Translations under genes and position numbers: made by a program
Shown here: positions 26,064-36,127 of the stretch, piece by piece
Position numbering within the stretch: the stretch's first letter is position 1
Layout: each line of letters opens with the position of its first letter
Assembly (NCBI GenBank): GCA_965205485.1
Contig: OZ242180.1
Location: 2,208,001-2,272,000, forward strand
Origin: Candidatus Latescibacterota bacterium
GTDB lineage: Bacteria; Latescibacterota; UBA2968; GCA-2709665
Direction: 5' to 3'
DNA: 64,000 bases
Notes under the pieces: generated by a model
Databases searched by the model: none
What the model saw: the letters and a program-made list of their open reading frames with translations, nothing else
What the model was told of the DNA's origin: nothing

Positions 26064-28043
26064 TTATATGAAGACTCTGTTACCGATCGTTCCCGAAATG
26101 TAGTCCACGATACACCAAACGCCCGCCCCAGTGGCCTCTCCCAGAATAATCCCCATGAAGAACGGCCGGGTCCTCCGGTACAGCGTCGCCCCTCCGAATT
26201 TCAACACGGTCGCTTTCATCCACCAGGCCAGAAATACGCTGAAGAAGTAGGTATCCGTGTACCAAATCGTACTCAATGGAAGCGCAACCGGGTGCAGGGG
26301 CCACCACCTGAGACGCATCCTCAGCAGGGTCAACAGACCCGCAATACCCATCCCGAGTCCGGTATAAAGCATGCCTTTCGTGAAAACGGGACTCGGCTCC
26401 AGCATGCGCGTCCCCACAAAGGCATCGAACGGGATGCGCGAATAATCGCGAAAGTGCCGGTCCAGATTCAGACCGCCCCGCGCATAGCCCAGATCCAGCG
26501 TCATCCCGCTTGCGGTAACCAGCCCCACCGCCATTGCCGCGCCCATCGCCCAGATCAGGCCGCGCTTGCGCCTCATCCCCCTCGACAGCCACAGCGCCCC
26601 GAGGGCGCGGGGCATCACGTTGCTGACTCGCGTCATCGTCCAGGCGTAACCGAACCCCAGCGTCACCAAGCCCGCCGGGCCGAAGGCCGACGAACCCGTT
26701 GCGCAGACCACAAACTCGGCGGGGTTGATGGGCGAATAGGTGGCCACGAATCCCGTCTCGCTCACGATCCGCGCAAGAACAAAAAACACCACGATACATG
26801 AGAAGAACAGAAACAGGATCAGAGCGAGGGAAATTCCTGCCTGGTACAACCAGCACCCAAGATATACCAGGCCCCCCAGGGTACCGAAGACCGCGGCACG
26901 GTAGGAGATGACTTCACCGGAGTCGTCGGCGGTTGACGACGCCCCGGACGCCCTGGCAAAGACCCCGCGCAGGTGGGCCCGCGCCGTCCACGCGCTGTAC
27001 GCGGCCAGCACCAGCATGTATCCCATACCGGTCAGCGCGAGAAACGACGACCCGCGGGAACTGAACCGGCCGACCATACCCGAGACATCCGTATACTCCG
27101 CTCCGAAGACCGCCAGCGTCCCCCTGATGACCTTGGAGATGACGTTGAACACCCAGATGCTCAGGCTCACGTCCAGGTTCACAAAGTAGGAATACCCGAG
27201 AATTGCAAAGTGCATCCTCAGGGGTAACGGGGTCGTCCCCTGGAAAATCCACAGCAACGTCCCCATCTGGACCCGGGGTACCGTATGGAAATAGTGATTC
27301 AGCCCATTGATCGTACCGATCAAAAGCGGGACCGCAAAGCCCGCCCACATCAATCGGCTCCTGAACAAGGGTCCCAGGCGCCCGGCATCCGTTTCCGTCA
27401 TTTCCAGCGGGACCTGGAGAATCGGAAACGCGAACCTCTCGTACTCCGCCCACTGCCTGCGGAATATCACCGCGATGCATAACAGCACTCCGAACAGCAC
27501 CAAAAAAAACGACCCCCAACTTGCCAGGGGGGCCAGCCATGCCAGCCAGGGCAGGGGGACATTGTGCGGAAGCCCCTCGTAGAACCCCCGCACCGCCTCG
27601 GCGTTACGGGGGGCCGTCCACGGCAGTATATGGGGCAGTACGGCTTCCAGGTCGGGACGCTCCGGAGAAGCGTAGTAGGTCACGCCAGTCAGAAAGGCGA
27701 TAAGCCACTTGACCATCCACAGTGCCGGCATCGACACCAGAAGCATCGAAAAAATGCACAGAAGCTCTCCACGTTTCAGGCATTGCGCCGGCTTCAGGAC
27801 GACGTTGCAGAAAAGGATCAGCAGGAGAAAAACGAACAGGATGCCCCTGTCCACAAAATAGTAGTGGAGAGAGGTGCCCTGGATCACCATACGGTTATAG
27901 GGGATGACAACTGCCAGAAAGAGGCACAGGGCGAGCCCGATCAGGAAGGCCCTGCCCGTCAGTCCGTCCCGTACCTCCTCACACACCCCGCTACGTTCGC
28001 CAGGTGTCCGATCTCGAAGGCTCTCCGCCGGGACGTCGCCCAT
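26064..28043 (-). CDS. DUF6785/DUF6784-type polytopic membrane protein (putative transporter), paralog 1
   Basis: GLTGRAFLIG, RGELL, RRQWAEYERFAFP, RIVSETG, WWPLHP, PFFMGIILG; many TM helices. Confidence 0.8.
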   Translation of the reverse strand: MGDVPAESLRDRTPGERSGVCEEVRDGLTGRAFLIGLALCLFLAVVIPYNRMVIQGTSLHYYFVDRGILFVFLLLILFCNVVLKPAQCLKRGELLCIFSMLLVSMPALWMVKWLIAFLTGVTYYASPERPDLEAVLPHILPWTAPRNAEAVRGFYEGLPHNVPLPWLAWLAPLASWGSFFLVLFGVLLCIAVIFRRQWAEYERFAFPILQVPLEMTETDAGRLGPLFRSRLMWAGFAVPLLIGTINGLNHYFHTVPRVQMGTLLWIFQGTTPLPLRMHFAILGYSYFVNLDVSLSIWVFNVISKVIRGTLAVFGAEYTDVSGMVGRFSSRGSSFLALTGMGYMLVLAAYSAWTARAHLRGVFARASGASSTADDSGEVISYRAAVFGTLGGLVYLGCWLYQAGISLALILFLFFSCIVVFFVLARIVSETGFVATYSPINPAEFVVCATGSSAFGPAGLVTLGFGYAWTMTRVSNVMPRALGALWLSRGMRRKRGLIWAMGAAMAVGLVTASGMTLDLGYARGGLNLDRHFRDYSRIPFDAFVGTRMLEPSPVFTKGMLYTGLGMGIAGLLTLLRMRLRWWPLHPVALPLSTIWYTDTYFFSVFLAWWMKATVLKFGGATLYRRTRPFFMGIILGEATGAGVWCIVDYISGTIGNRVFI

Positions 28044-28121
28044 CCGTCACGTCCTCGTTTTTACAGCAATTCCTGGATCTCGACCATCGACGGGATATCG
28101 TACCGTCGCAATCTCCTCGCC

Positions 28122-29024
28122 CTATCTCGAAGCAACAGCGGCGGTTTCACTCCGGGAATCCACATCATCGGGAGTTACCTTACTCTCCTCGAGAACGGTC
28201 TGGATTTCATAGATTGATCCACTGCGCTCCGCCGGGGGAAGCGGGAGCCGGACCGGGGCGTCGACCATGCGCGGTTCCCGGGTGGGTTCGCCTCGGAGGA
28301 TCTTTCCGTTGAATTCTTCCCAGGTATTGATGGGTTGAACCAGCGGAAAGGCATCGACCGCGCAATACATGTACAGCAGAAGACGCCGTGGCTTTCCGGA
28401 CGTATTCGGGGCGGATGCGTGCAGCGTCCGGACGTGGTGGATGGAGATACCGCCGGCCCTGATTTCGATCGGGACGGCGCCTTCGCCGGTGAAATCCGGT
28501 TCGGTGACGGCGCCGGCAAATCGACCGTTGAGGTGGTGGTCGTGTATGCGCCCCTTGTGAGACCCCGGAATGACCAGCAGGCAGCCGTTCTCGAGGGTCA
28601 TATCGTCTATGGCGACACCGACCGCGAGCAGGTCGTCGTTGGTATGGGGGTAGAACGCCCAGTCCTGGTGCCATTCCACCGGGCTGCCCACCTCCGCGGA
28701 TTTCATGTTGAGCTTGTCCCCGTTGGTACGTATACCGGGACCGATGAGCTGCGCGGTGATGTCCAGGATCTTTTCGTGTCGCAGCCCGCGGGCGTACACG
28801 TCGTGGCTCCCGGACGGGTTTATGAGACGGCGCAACTGCGGGTTTTCCGGCGTATGGCCCGGTTCCAGATCGAATACGTCGGTGGTTTCGGTGACCTGCC
28901 TTGAAGCTTCGACAAACGCATCGGTGACCCGGCGAAGTTCCGCGACTTCCTCACCGGAAAGAACGCCATCCACGCCGAGATAGCCGTTGGTATGGTAGAA
29001 ATCAACTTGTTCCTGAGAAAGCAT
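28122..29024 (-). CDS. Phytanoyl-CoA dioxygenase family (Fe/2OG)
   Basis: FYHTNGYL, WHQD, ENGCLLVIPGSH, LHASAPN..PRR. Confidence 0.93.
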   Translation of the reverse strand: MLSQEQVDFYHTNGYLGVDGVLSGEEVAELRRVTDAFVEASRQVTETTDVFDLEPGHTPENPQLRRLINPSGSHDVYARGLRHEKILDITAQLIGPGIRTNGDKLNMKSAEVGSPVEWHQDWAFYPHTNDDLLAVGVAIDDMTLENGCLLVIPGSHKGRIHDHHLNGRFAGAVTEPDFTGEGAVPIEIRAGGISIHHVRTLHASAPNTSGKPRRLLLYMYCAVDAFPLVQPINTWEEFNGKILRGEPTREPRMVDAPVRLPLPPAERSGSIYEIQTVLEESKVTPDDVDSRSETAAVASR

Positions 29025-29093
29025 GGGTATGGCTCCTTTTGGATGAAGTGATCAGTCGATTATCGCTGGAAATTTGAATCGTTAAGACAGCTT

Positions 29094-31073
29094 CTAAAGA
29101 AGGGACATATTGCCGACCTTTCCGGTGGCAAAGTCGATGAGGCTCCACGTGCCCAGGCAGACCGCCTCGCCCAGGATGATCCCGATAAAGAACGGCCTGG
29201 TCTTACGGTACAGGGTCGCCCCGCCGAACTTCATCACGAGCGCCTTGATGCCCCACGCCAGAAAGATACTGAAATAATAGTGTTCTGTCATCCATATCGT
29301 GCTTACAGGAAGGGCGATCGGGTGGATGGGCCACCATGACAGGCGCGTTCGCAGGACCATGAACAGAGCGGCAAGACCCAGTCCCAGTCCGGTATATGCG
29401 AATCCCCTGTAGAACACCGGGCTGGGATCCAGCAGCCGGCGTCCCACGTATTCGTCGAACGGCAACGCGGCGTCGTTCACGTCGCGGAACCAGTAGTCGA
29501 GGTTCCGGCCTCCGTGCGCGTATCCGAGATCCAGCGTCGTGTGGCTTGCGACAACCAGCCCCACGGCCAGGGCGGCGCCCATCGCCCAGATCAGTCCCCG
29601 CGTCCGTCCCATTTCCCTCGCCAACCTGAGCGCCGCCGAAGCGCGTGGCATCAGCGTGTTCAGCCGGGTCATCGACCACACGTAACCCACGCCCGCGGTT
29701 ACCAGACCGGTGGGACCGAACGCCGAAGAACCCACCGCGCATACGACGAACTCCGACGGGTTCAATGGCGAATAGGTCGCGGCATAGCCGGTTTCGCTGA
29801 CGATTCTCGCCAGGACGAGAAAGACGACAAAGGAGGCGATAAACAGGAGTGCGATTACATGCGGCGGCAGTCCCGCCTGGTAGAGCCAGCATCCCAGATA
29901 CAGTGTGCCCATCAAGACACTGGCCACCGCCGTCCGGTAGGGTAGCACCTCCTCCGAATCGACAAGATGTGACGGGCGTCCCAGCACCTTCGTCCAGACG
30001 GCTTTCAGGTGGCCCCGGGCAATCCACAGGCTGTACCCGGCCAGCGCCAGCATGTACCCCATGCCCATGAACGCCAGGAACTCCGACCCCTGGGAGCTGT
30101 GCCGCCCCACCATCCCGGATACGCCGTAGCGTTCCGCACCCAGCATTGCAGACACGCCGTTTATGCATTTGGCGATAACGTTCAGGAGCCAGATGCTGAG
30201 ACTCACGTCCAGGTTCACGAAATAAGCATAACCCAGCAGCGCGAAGTTGAGCCTGATTGACATCGGTATTGCACGCCGGAAGATCCAGATCACCGCGCGC
30301 AGGCTTATCCGGGGCAGTGTGTGGTAATAGCTGTGCAGCGCGTTCACCGAACCGATGGCGAACGGAATCGCAAACCCCGACCACATCAACCGGCCGCGGA
30401 ACAGCGGTCCGATCCAACCGTCGCCGCGTTCGCCCATCGCAAGGGGAACCTGCATGATGGGGAAGGCGAATCGCTCGTGTTCCTCCCACTGTTTTCTGAG
30501 GATCACCGCCACGCAGCCCAGCACCACGAACAGCGCGACCAGGAATGAGCCCCAGCTCCACAGAGGGACCACCCACGCCCACCAGGGCACGGAACCGCCC
30601 TTCGGCAATCCTTCGTACAGCCATTTGACGGGCTCGGCGTCCAGCACCGCGAGCCACGGCAGGGAGTAGGGCAGGACAGCCTCCAGGTGCCGCATCTCCG
30701 GAGACGCATAGTAGGTTACGCCCGTCATGAACCCGAGCAATGCCTTGGTCATCGCCCATGCGGGCATCAGGAGCAGCAGCATTGCATAGATGGCCAGCAA
30801 CTCGCCCCGGCCCAGGGCGTAGCGGCGTTTCAGGAGGCCGAGCAGCGGGTTGAGCAGTACGGCCAGACAGAAAAAGACGAACAGCACGCCCCGGTCCAGA
30901 AAGTACCAGCCCATAAAAGGGCCCTGGACCACCATTCTGTTGTAAGTCAGCCAGACACCAAGAAGAGCGCACAGTCCGAGGCCGATCAGGAACGCCCGGA
31001 GCGAGAGACCGTCTCCGGACGTCACATCCGGATTCCGGCTTTCCGAAATGACGGTTCCTGCCTGCCGTGTCAT
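29094..31073 (-). CDS. DUF6785/DUF6784-type polytopic membrane protein, paralog 2
   Basis: GLSLRAFLIG, RKQWEEHERFAFP, SETGYAATYSPLNPSEF, WWPIHP; ATG 31073 follows GGAGG. Confidence 0.8.
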   Translation of the reverse strand: MTRQAGTVISESRNPDVTSGDGLSLRAFLIGLGLCALLGVWLTYNRMVVQGPFMGWYFLDRGVLFVFFCLAVLLNPLLGLLKRRYALGRGELLAIYAMLLLLMPAWAMTKALLGFMTGVTYYASPEMRHLEAVLPYSLPWLAVLDAEPVKWLYEGLPKGGSVPWWAWVVPLWSWGSFLVALFVVLGCVAVILRKQWEEHERFAFPIMQVPLAMGERGDGWIGPLFRGRLMWSGFAIPFAIGSVNALHSYYHTLPRISLRAVIWIFRRAIPMSIRLNFALLGYAYFVNLDVSLSIWLLNVIAKCINGVSAMLGAERYGVSGMVGRHSSQGSEFLAFMGMGYMLALAGYSLWIARGHLKAVWTKVLGRPSHLVDSEEVLPYRTAVASVLMGTLYLGCWLYQAGLPPHVIALLFIASFVVFLVLARIVSETGYAATYSPLNPSEFVVCAVGSSAFGPTGLVTAGVGYVWSMTRLNTLMPRASAALRLAREMGRTRGLIWAMGAALAVGLVVASHTTLDLGYAHGGRNLDYWFRDVNDAALPFDEYVGRRLLDPSPVFYRGFAYTGLGLGLAALFMVLRTRLSWWPIHPIALPVSTIWMTEHYYFSIFLAWGIKALVMKFGGATLYRKTRPFFIGIILGEAVCLGTWSLIDFATGKVGNMSLL

Positions 31074-31108
31074 TCGATCCGCGCCTCCCGATGGTCGAGT
31101 GGAAGCGT

Positions 31109-33130
31109 TCAACGTTCGAACCGTACGTGAATCGCCAGGAGATCGCAATCGCCGGGAATATCGAGCGGTATTCGCATCGTTCCGTCCTCCGCCGATATCA
31201 CGCGGTCATTCCAGTTCGCGCCGGACCAGATCTCGACAACGTCTTGCGCGCTTCTTCCTTCGGGAAGGACGATCTCCAGCGCCGTCCGGCTCCTCACCGG
31301 CGTATACGGAAACACGATGGCCATCAGCGAATCGCCGTCTCTGACCATCGGGAGCAACTCGATGGTGGGCACGGCCCTCCGGTCGGTCGGCCGCAGCATT
31401 CGGTAATCGTCAACGGGCGGAAAGGGCGTCAAACGCGCCAGGGGCCTTCGGCCGGCCGCCCAGAGGATCAGCCTCCGCAGCAACGCCACGTTGGACGTCT
31501 CCTCCAGAAAAGACATTCCGGGAACGTTTCCCGTATATTTCACGGCAGGCATGCCCGCCAGCCAGGCCTCCCTCCGGGATCCTTCCTCGACCAGCACCAG
31601 GGCCGGCCGGCCATCCACGGTCCCCAGCACCTGCCCGTCCGGATACCCGCCGTCCACCCGGGTCGTCAGGATCACGGGATGTTCCAGGCCCTCGGTGAGC
31701 GGATGGTTGTGCAAGAGATCGACTTCAAAGATGCCGGACTCGATCTCCCATGGCAGCTTGCACGCGCCACTCCCTGCCCACGGAGCGGCCGGCCGGTTGC
31801 CGATCCACAGGAGCCCCTCTCCACGTTCCGCAACCGCGTTGACAACGTCGAGCTGGGACTGCGTGAGGCAATGCACCTCGGGGAGGATGACCGGGCCGCT
31901 CAGCTGATCGCCGGCGTCGTCCAAACGCTGGTCCCAGAACCAGCGCCATGGCAGGCCGGTACGGTAGACCATATCGACCATCCGGATCAAGCCTTCATGT
32001 CCCCAGTTGGACTCGTAGTGGCCGGTGATCTCGGACTGCTGGGGCATGATCATCGTGGCGAAGCTGTAGGGGCGGTGGGACGCGAACATCGGCAGGAGTC
32101 GCCGGGTCTCGTCGAAGGCTTCGAAATACCCGGGGATGATCTTCATCTGCTCGTATGTAAACGGCATCACCAGATCCGCGCCGAGCGCGAACGGCACCAC
32201 GCCGGCCAACAGGCCGTCCTGCCTGCCCATTGGAACGGCCTGCTCCGGCGGCATGAAGCCCTGCGGATAGATATCCACCTGCCGGTCCATACAAGCACCC
32301 ATAAGGCTTCTCGTCGTCTCCGAAAGGATCCTACGGTGGGGACGGTGCAGGATGAGATCGTCGTGATTGAAATGATACGGGTCCGTCGCGATAACGTCCT
32401 GTGAACGCGCGTCGCGGGCAAGGCGGATGGCGGTCTGCCAGGCATTGTAGTTCCGCTCGGGGATGGCGGGACTGTGCTGGATGCCCACAGTCACGTCGGG
32501 ACGGACGTCTTTGATGGCGCTTCGAAGCTCTGAGTGCACCGCTTCCCAGTTTTCAAAGCGGCTTTCCAGCCATTTATACCACAGCGGGTCATCCCAATCC
32601 GCAGGCCGGGGAGGCTTGACGCCGGTCCGTTTGTGGAATTCAGCCTCGCAGAAGCCGCAGTAACAGCCGATGGTTCCGTCTCCGAACCCGAGACACGCCT
32701 CGTCATTGAGGTGAATTTCACTTGTAGCCTGCCACTGGCAGATTTCCATCAGAAGGGACAGGTAGTGGGTCTTGTTTTCGGGGCGAAAAGGACACAACCA
32801 TCGGACCGGCAGTCCGTCCAGATCCAGCACATCGCCATCGCCGGCCATGTGCATCAGCCGGTGGGGTTCTTTCGCCACCAGACGTTCCTGATACTTGATG
32901 TACCCGGTGAAGGCGATGAATCCCAGGTCCCGTTCCTCACACATCCGGGCAAGCGCCTCCGACTGCGCCAGCGAAAACCCCTGCTGTTTTACCGCGGGTG
33001 TGACCGCCACCCCCGCACCCACGTCGGTGAATCCTTCGCTGACAATCCGGTCGAGCGTCGACTCGTTCAGCACGACGTCAGGAAAGAGCAACAGCGCCGC
33101 GCGGCGGAGTTTCCGGTCAGGTTCCGGCAT
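31109..33130 (-). CDS. GH42-like TIM-barrel protein with Cys cluster and trimerisation-like domain
   Basis: LCPF, HLNDEA, GCYCGFC, ATDPYH, VILPEVHCL; paralog of 39306-41408. Confidence 0.6.
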   Translation of the reverse strand: MPEPDRKLRRAALLLFPDVVLNESTLDRIVSEGFTDVGAGVAVTPAVKQQGFSLAQSEALARMCEERDLGFIAFTGYIKYQERLVAKEPHRLMHMAGDGDVLDLDGLPVRWLCPFRPENKTHYLSLLMEICQWQATSEIHLNDEACLGFGDGTIGCYCGFCEAEFHKRTGVKPPRPADWDDPLWYKWLESRFENWEAVHSELRSAIKDVRPDVTVGIQHSPAIPERNYNAWQTAIRLARDARSQDVIATDPYHFNHDDLILHRPHRRILSETTRSLMGACMDRQVDIYPQGFMPPEQAVPMGRQDGLLAGVVPFALGADLVMPFTYEQMKIIPGYFEAFDETRRLLPMFASHRPYSFATMIMPQQSEITGHYESNWGHEGLIRMVDMVYRTGLPWRWFWDQRLDDAGDQLSGPVILPEVHCLTQSQLDVVNAVAERGEGLLWIGNRPAAPWAGSGACKLPWEIESGIFEVDLLHNHPLTEGLEHPVILTTRVDGGYPDGQVLGTVDGRPALVLVEEGSRREAWLAGMPAVKYTGNVPGMSFLEETSNVALLRRLILWAAGRRPLARLTPFPPVDDYRMLRPTDRRAVPTIELLPMVRDGDSLMAIVFPYTPVRSRTALEIVLPEGRSAQDVVEIWSGANWNDRVISAEDGTMRIPLDIPGDCDLLAIHVRFER

Positions 33131-33211
33131 CGGGTTCTCCCTCCATTTATATCGTGGCGACGATTCAGCAATCTGCGGCGCCCGCCTGCTTGCGCACCGT
33201 GGATTCGTTAC

Positions 33212-35227
33212 TCACGACGAGCTCCAATAGCCCATGAACGGCCAGGTTTTCAGCCTCCCTGTAAACGCGCTTACCACCGACCAGCCACCCGAGCACATGA
33301 CCTCTCCCAGGATCATTCCGATAAAGAACGGACGCGCCTTCCTGTAGAGGTCCGCCCCGCCCACCCGAAGAATGATCGCCTTGATTCCCCACGCCAGGAA
33401 CACGCTGAATCCGAACCAGTCCATGTACCACACCGTACTGAGCGGGAGCGCTGCAGGATGGAACGGCCACCACGGCAGACGCATCCTGAGCAGGATAAGC
33501 AGGGCGGCAATCGCTGTGCCCATGGCCGTATAGAGGAAACCCATCGTGAAGACCGGGCTGGGCTCCAGCAGCCGGCGTCCGATAAACTCGTCGAACGGCG
33601 AAGCCGCGTCGTTCACGTTGCTGAACCACGGATAGTCGATGTTCACGCCGCCGTGCGTATACCCCAGATTCAACGTCGTGTAGCCCGTAGCCACCAGCCC
33701 GACGGTCAACGCGGCCCCCATCGCCCAGACCAGGCCGCGCTTCCTTCCGATTTCGCGTGCCAGCCGAAGAGCCCCCATGGCGTGTGGCATCAGCGTATTT
33801 CTGCGCGTCATCGTCCACACGTAGCTCATTCCGAGCGTGGCCAGACCCACCGGACCGAACGCTGACGAGCCCACCGCGCATACCACGAACTCGGACGGAT
33901 TGAGGGGAGAATAGGTCGCGACAAATCCCGTTTCACTCACAATCCGAGCCATCACAAAGAAGACGATGAGACTGGAAACAAGAAGAAACAGAACCAGCGG
34001 CGGCGAAATTCCGGCCTGGTAGAGCCACAATCCGAGGTAACTCACGCCCAGAACAATGCCAAGCACGGCCGACCGGTAGGACACGATTTCGTCCGAGTCC
34101 CGCAGGTGCGACGCACGGCCGCGGACCTGTGCCCATACCTGCCGGAGGTGACCCCTGGCAACGTAGAGGCTGTACGCGGCCAGCGCGAGGATATACCCCA
34201 TTCCCATCAACGCCAGAAACTCGGATCCCTGGGAACTGTAACGTCCCACGACTCCGGACACCCCCCAGGTCTGGCCCGCGCCCACCATCGCCAGCGCGCC
34301 GCGAATCACCTTTGTGACCAGGTTGATGACCCACAGGCTGAGACTCACGTCCAGATTGATGAAGTAGGAATATGCGAGTACAAGGAAGTGGACCTTGAAA
34401 GGCAGCACCATCGTCCGCCGGAAGATTCGGACGTGTGTCCCCAGGTTGATAACGGGAATGTATGGAAAGTAATACCGGAGCCCCCGAAGGGTGCCGACCA
34501 GAGACGGGAGCGCAAACCCGGCGGCCAGCAGACGGCTGCGGAACACGGGGGCGATCCGGCCCTTTCCGGTCTCCAGCATCGCAAGCGGCACCTGCATCAG
34601 GGGGAACGCGAACCGCTCGTGTTCCTCCCATTGCCTGCGCATCAGCACCCCCAGGCAAATGAGCACAATGAAGAGCACGATAAGGAACGACCCCCAGCTC
34701 CACAGCGGCAGGACCCATCCCATCCACGGAATTGTACCCCCTTTTGGCAGGCCTTCGTAGAGGTCCTTGACGACACCTTCCCCCTGAGGAACCAGCCATG
34801 GCAGCATGTTGGGGGGAACGACCTCGATGTGACGCAACTCCGGCGTCGCGTGGTACGTGACGCCGGTCGTGTAGAGGATAACCGGCTTGGTCATCACCCA
34901 CGCGGGCAGGAGAATGAGAAACATGGTGTAGATGGCGAGCAATTCGCCCCGCGTCAGGGCGAACCGGTTCCTGATCGCGCCCAGGAGCGGGTTGACGGCC
35001 ACGACAAGGAGGAACAGGACGATGAGCGCGCCCCGGTCCATGTAGTACCCGCCGCCAATGAACGAGCCCTGGGTGATCATGCGGTTGTAGGTGAGGCCAA
35101 CGCACATGAGTACGCACAGGACGAGACCGATACCGAACGCGCGCGGCGACAGGCCGTCGCGCGCGTCAGATTCTCTGCCAGGCGATCGAGTGGGGGGGTT
35201 CGTGGCTCTCGCGGCCGTGGTTTCCAA
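33212..35227 (-). CDS. DUF6785/DUF6784-type polytopic membrane protein, paralog 3
   Basis: GLSPRAFGIG, RRQWEEHERFAFP, SETGFVATYSPLNPSEF, WWPFHP, PFFIGMILG. Confidence 0.8.
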   Translation of the reverse strand: METTAARATNPPTRSPGRESDARDGLSPRAFGIGLVLCVLMCVGLTYNRMITQGSFIGGGYYMDRGALIVLFLLVVAVNPLLGAIRNRFALTRGELLAIYTMFLILLPAWVMTKPVILYTTGVTYHATPELRHIEVVPPNMLPWLVPQGEGVVKDLYEGLPKGGTIPWMGWVLPLWSWGSFLIVLFIVLICLGVLMRRQWEEHERFAFPLMQVPLAMLETGKGRIAPVFRSRLLAAGFALPSLVGTLRGLRYYFPYIPVINLGTHVRIFRRTMVLPFKVHFLVLAYSYFINLDVSLSLWVINLVTKVIRGALAMVGAGQTWGVSGVVGRYSSQGSEFLALMGMGYILALAAYSLYVARGHLRQVWAQVRGRASHLRDSDEIVSYRSAVLGIVLGVSYLGLWLYQAGISPPLVLFLLVSSLIVFFVMARIVSETGFVATYSPLNPSEFVVCAVGSSAFGPVGLATLGMSYVWTMTRRNTLMPHAMGALRLAREIGRKRGLVWAMGAALTVGLVATGYTTLNLGYTHGGVNIDYPWFSNVNDAASPFDEFIGRRLLEPSPVFTMGFLYTAMGTAIAALLILLRMRLPWWPFHPAALPLSTVWYMDWFGFSVFLAWGIKAIILRVGGADLYRKARPFFIGMILGEVMCSGGWSVVSAFTGRLKTWPFMGYWSSS

Positions 35228-35263
35228 GGGTGAGTACCTGTACGGAAGTATCGGTGTCGCCGT

Positions 35264-36058
35264 CTACAGCGCCCCGGGAGTCAGGGCTCCCTCTCCGAAG
35301 ATGACCGAGAAGTTCGCTCCCGTTTCGGATCTGGTGGCGGCGTCCATGTAGCAGACGCTGAACCCTCGCCGGGAAGCCTCGGTTTTGTTCATCCCCGATC
35401 CGTGGAGCAGCCAGTTGTGCAGCAGGGCCGCTTCACCGGCTTCCATCTCCAGGTATTCGTGCTTCTCCCTTGCCAGAACGACGGCGGCCTGCTCGTCGGT
35501 CAGGAAGGCGAAGCTGGCGGACGCATCCTGATCGAAGGTCGCGCGATGGGATCGCGGCACGATTCCGACGCAGCCGTTCTCGACCGTCACCCGGTCGAGC
35601 GCCGTCCAGACGGTCACGATCGGATCGGTGTCGAGGATGCTGAACCGGTCCTGGTGCCAGGGCAGGTGCGTGCCCTTCCCCGCCGGCTTGTTCATGAACA
35701 TCGCACGGTAGCAGGATATCGGCGTCTCCGGACCGTAGGCCCTCGCGCAGATCTCGCGGAAAACAGGTTTCTGCATGTAGGACAGGAACAGCGAATCGAA
35801 CTCCAGGTCCTGGATCTTTCGATAGTTCAACGTTGAGACCTGGTGCCCTCTCGTGGTGATCCGCTTCTCCGAGTAGTCGCCCGACTCGCTGTCCAGCTGC
35901 ATGAACATCTGATCGTGGATCTTGACGTTGCCGAGCATGATGTCGTCGATGCGCTGCTGAAGGCCCTCAAGTTCGTCGTCGTCCATCACCTTTCCAAGCC
36001 GAAGAAATCCTTCGTTCTCGAACCGGGCCCATTGTTCGTCGGTGATCCCCACAAGCAT
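35264..36058 (-). CDS. Phytanoyl-CoA dioxygenase family (Fe/2OG)
   Basis: FENEGFL, WHQD, ENGCVGIVPRSH, LLHGSG..SRR. Confidence 0.93.
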   Translation of the reverse strand: MLVGITDEQWARFENEGFLRLGKVMDDDELEGLQQRIDDIMLGNVKIHDQMFMQLDSESGDYSEKRITTRGHQVSTLNYRKIQDLEFDSLFLSYMQKPVFREICARAYGPETPISCYRAMFMNKPAGKGTHLPWHQDRFSILDTDPIVTVWTALDRVTVENGCVGIVPRSHRATFDQDASASFAFLTDEQAAVVLAREKHEYLEMEAGEAALLHNWLLHGSGMNKTEASRRGFSVCYMDAATRSETGANFSVIFGEGALTPGAL

Positions 36059-36127
36059 GGCGAGTCCTCCTATGATTCAGATATCACGTGTTCGGGATGA
36101 GATGATGCCGGTTTTCCAATCGTTCAT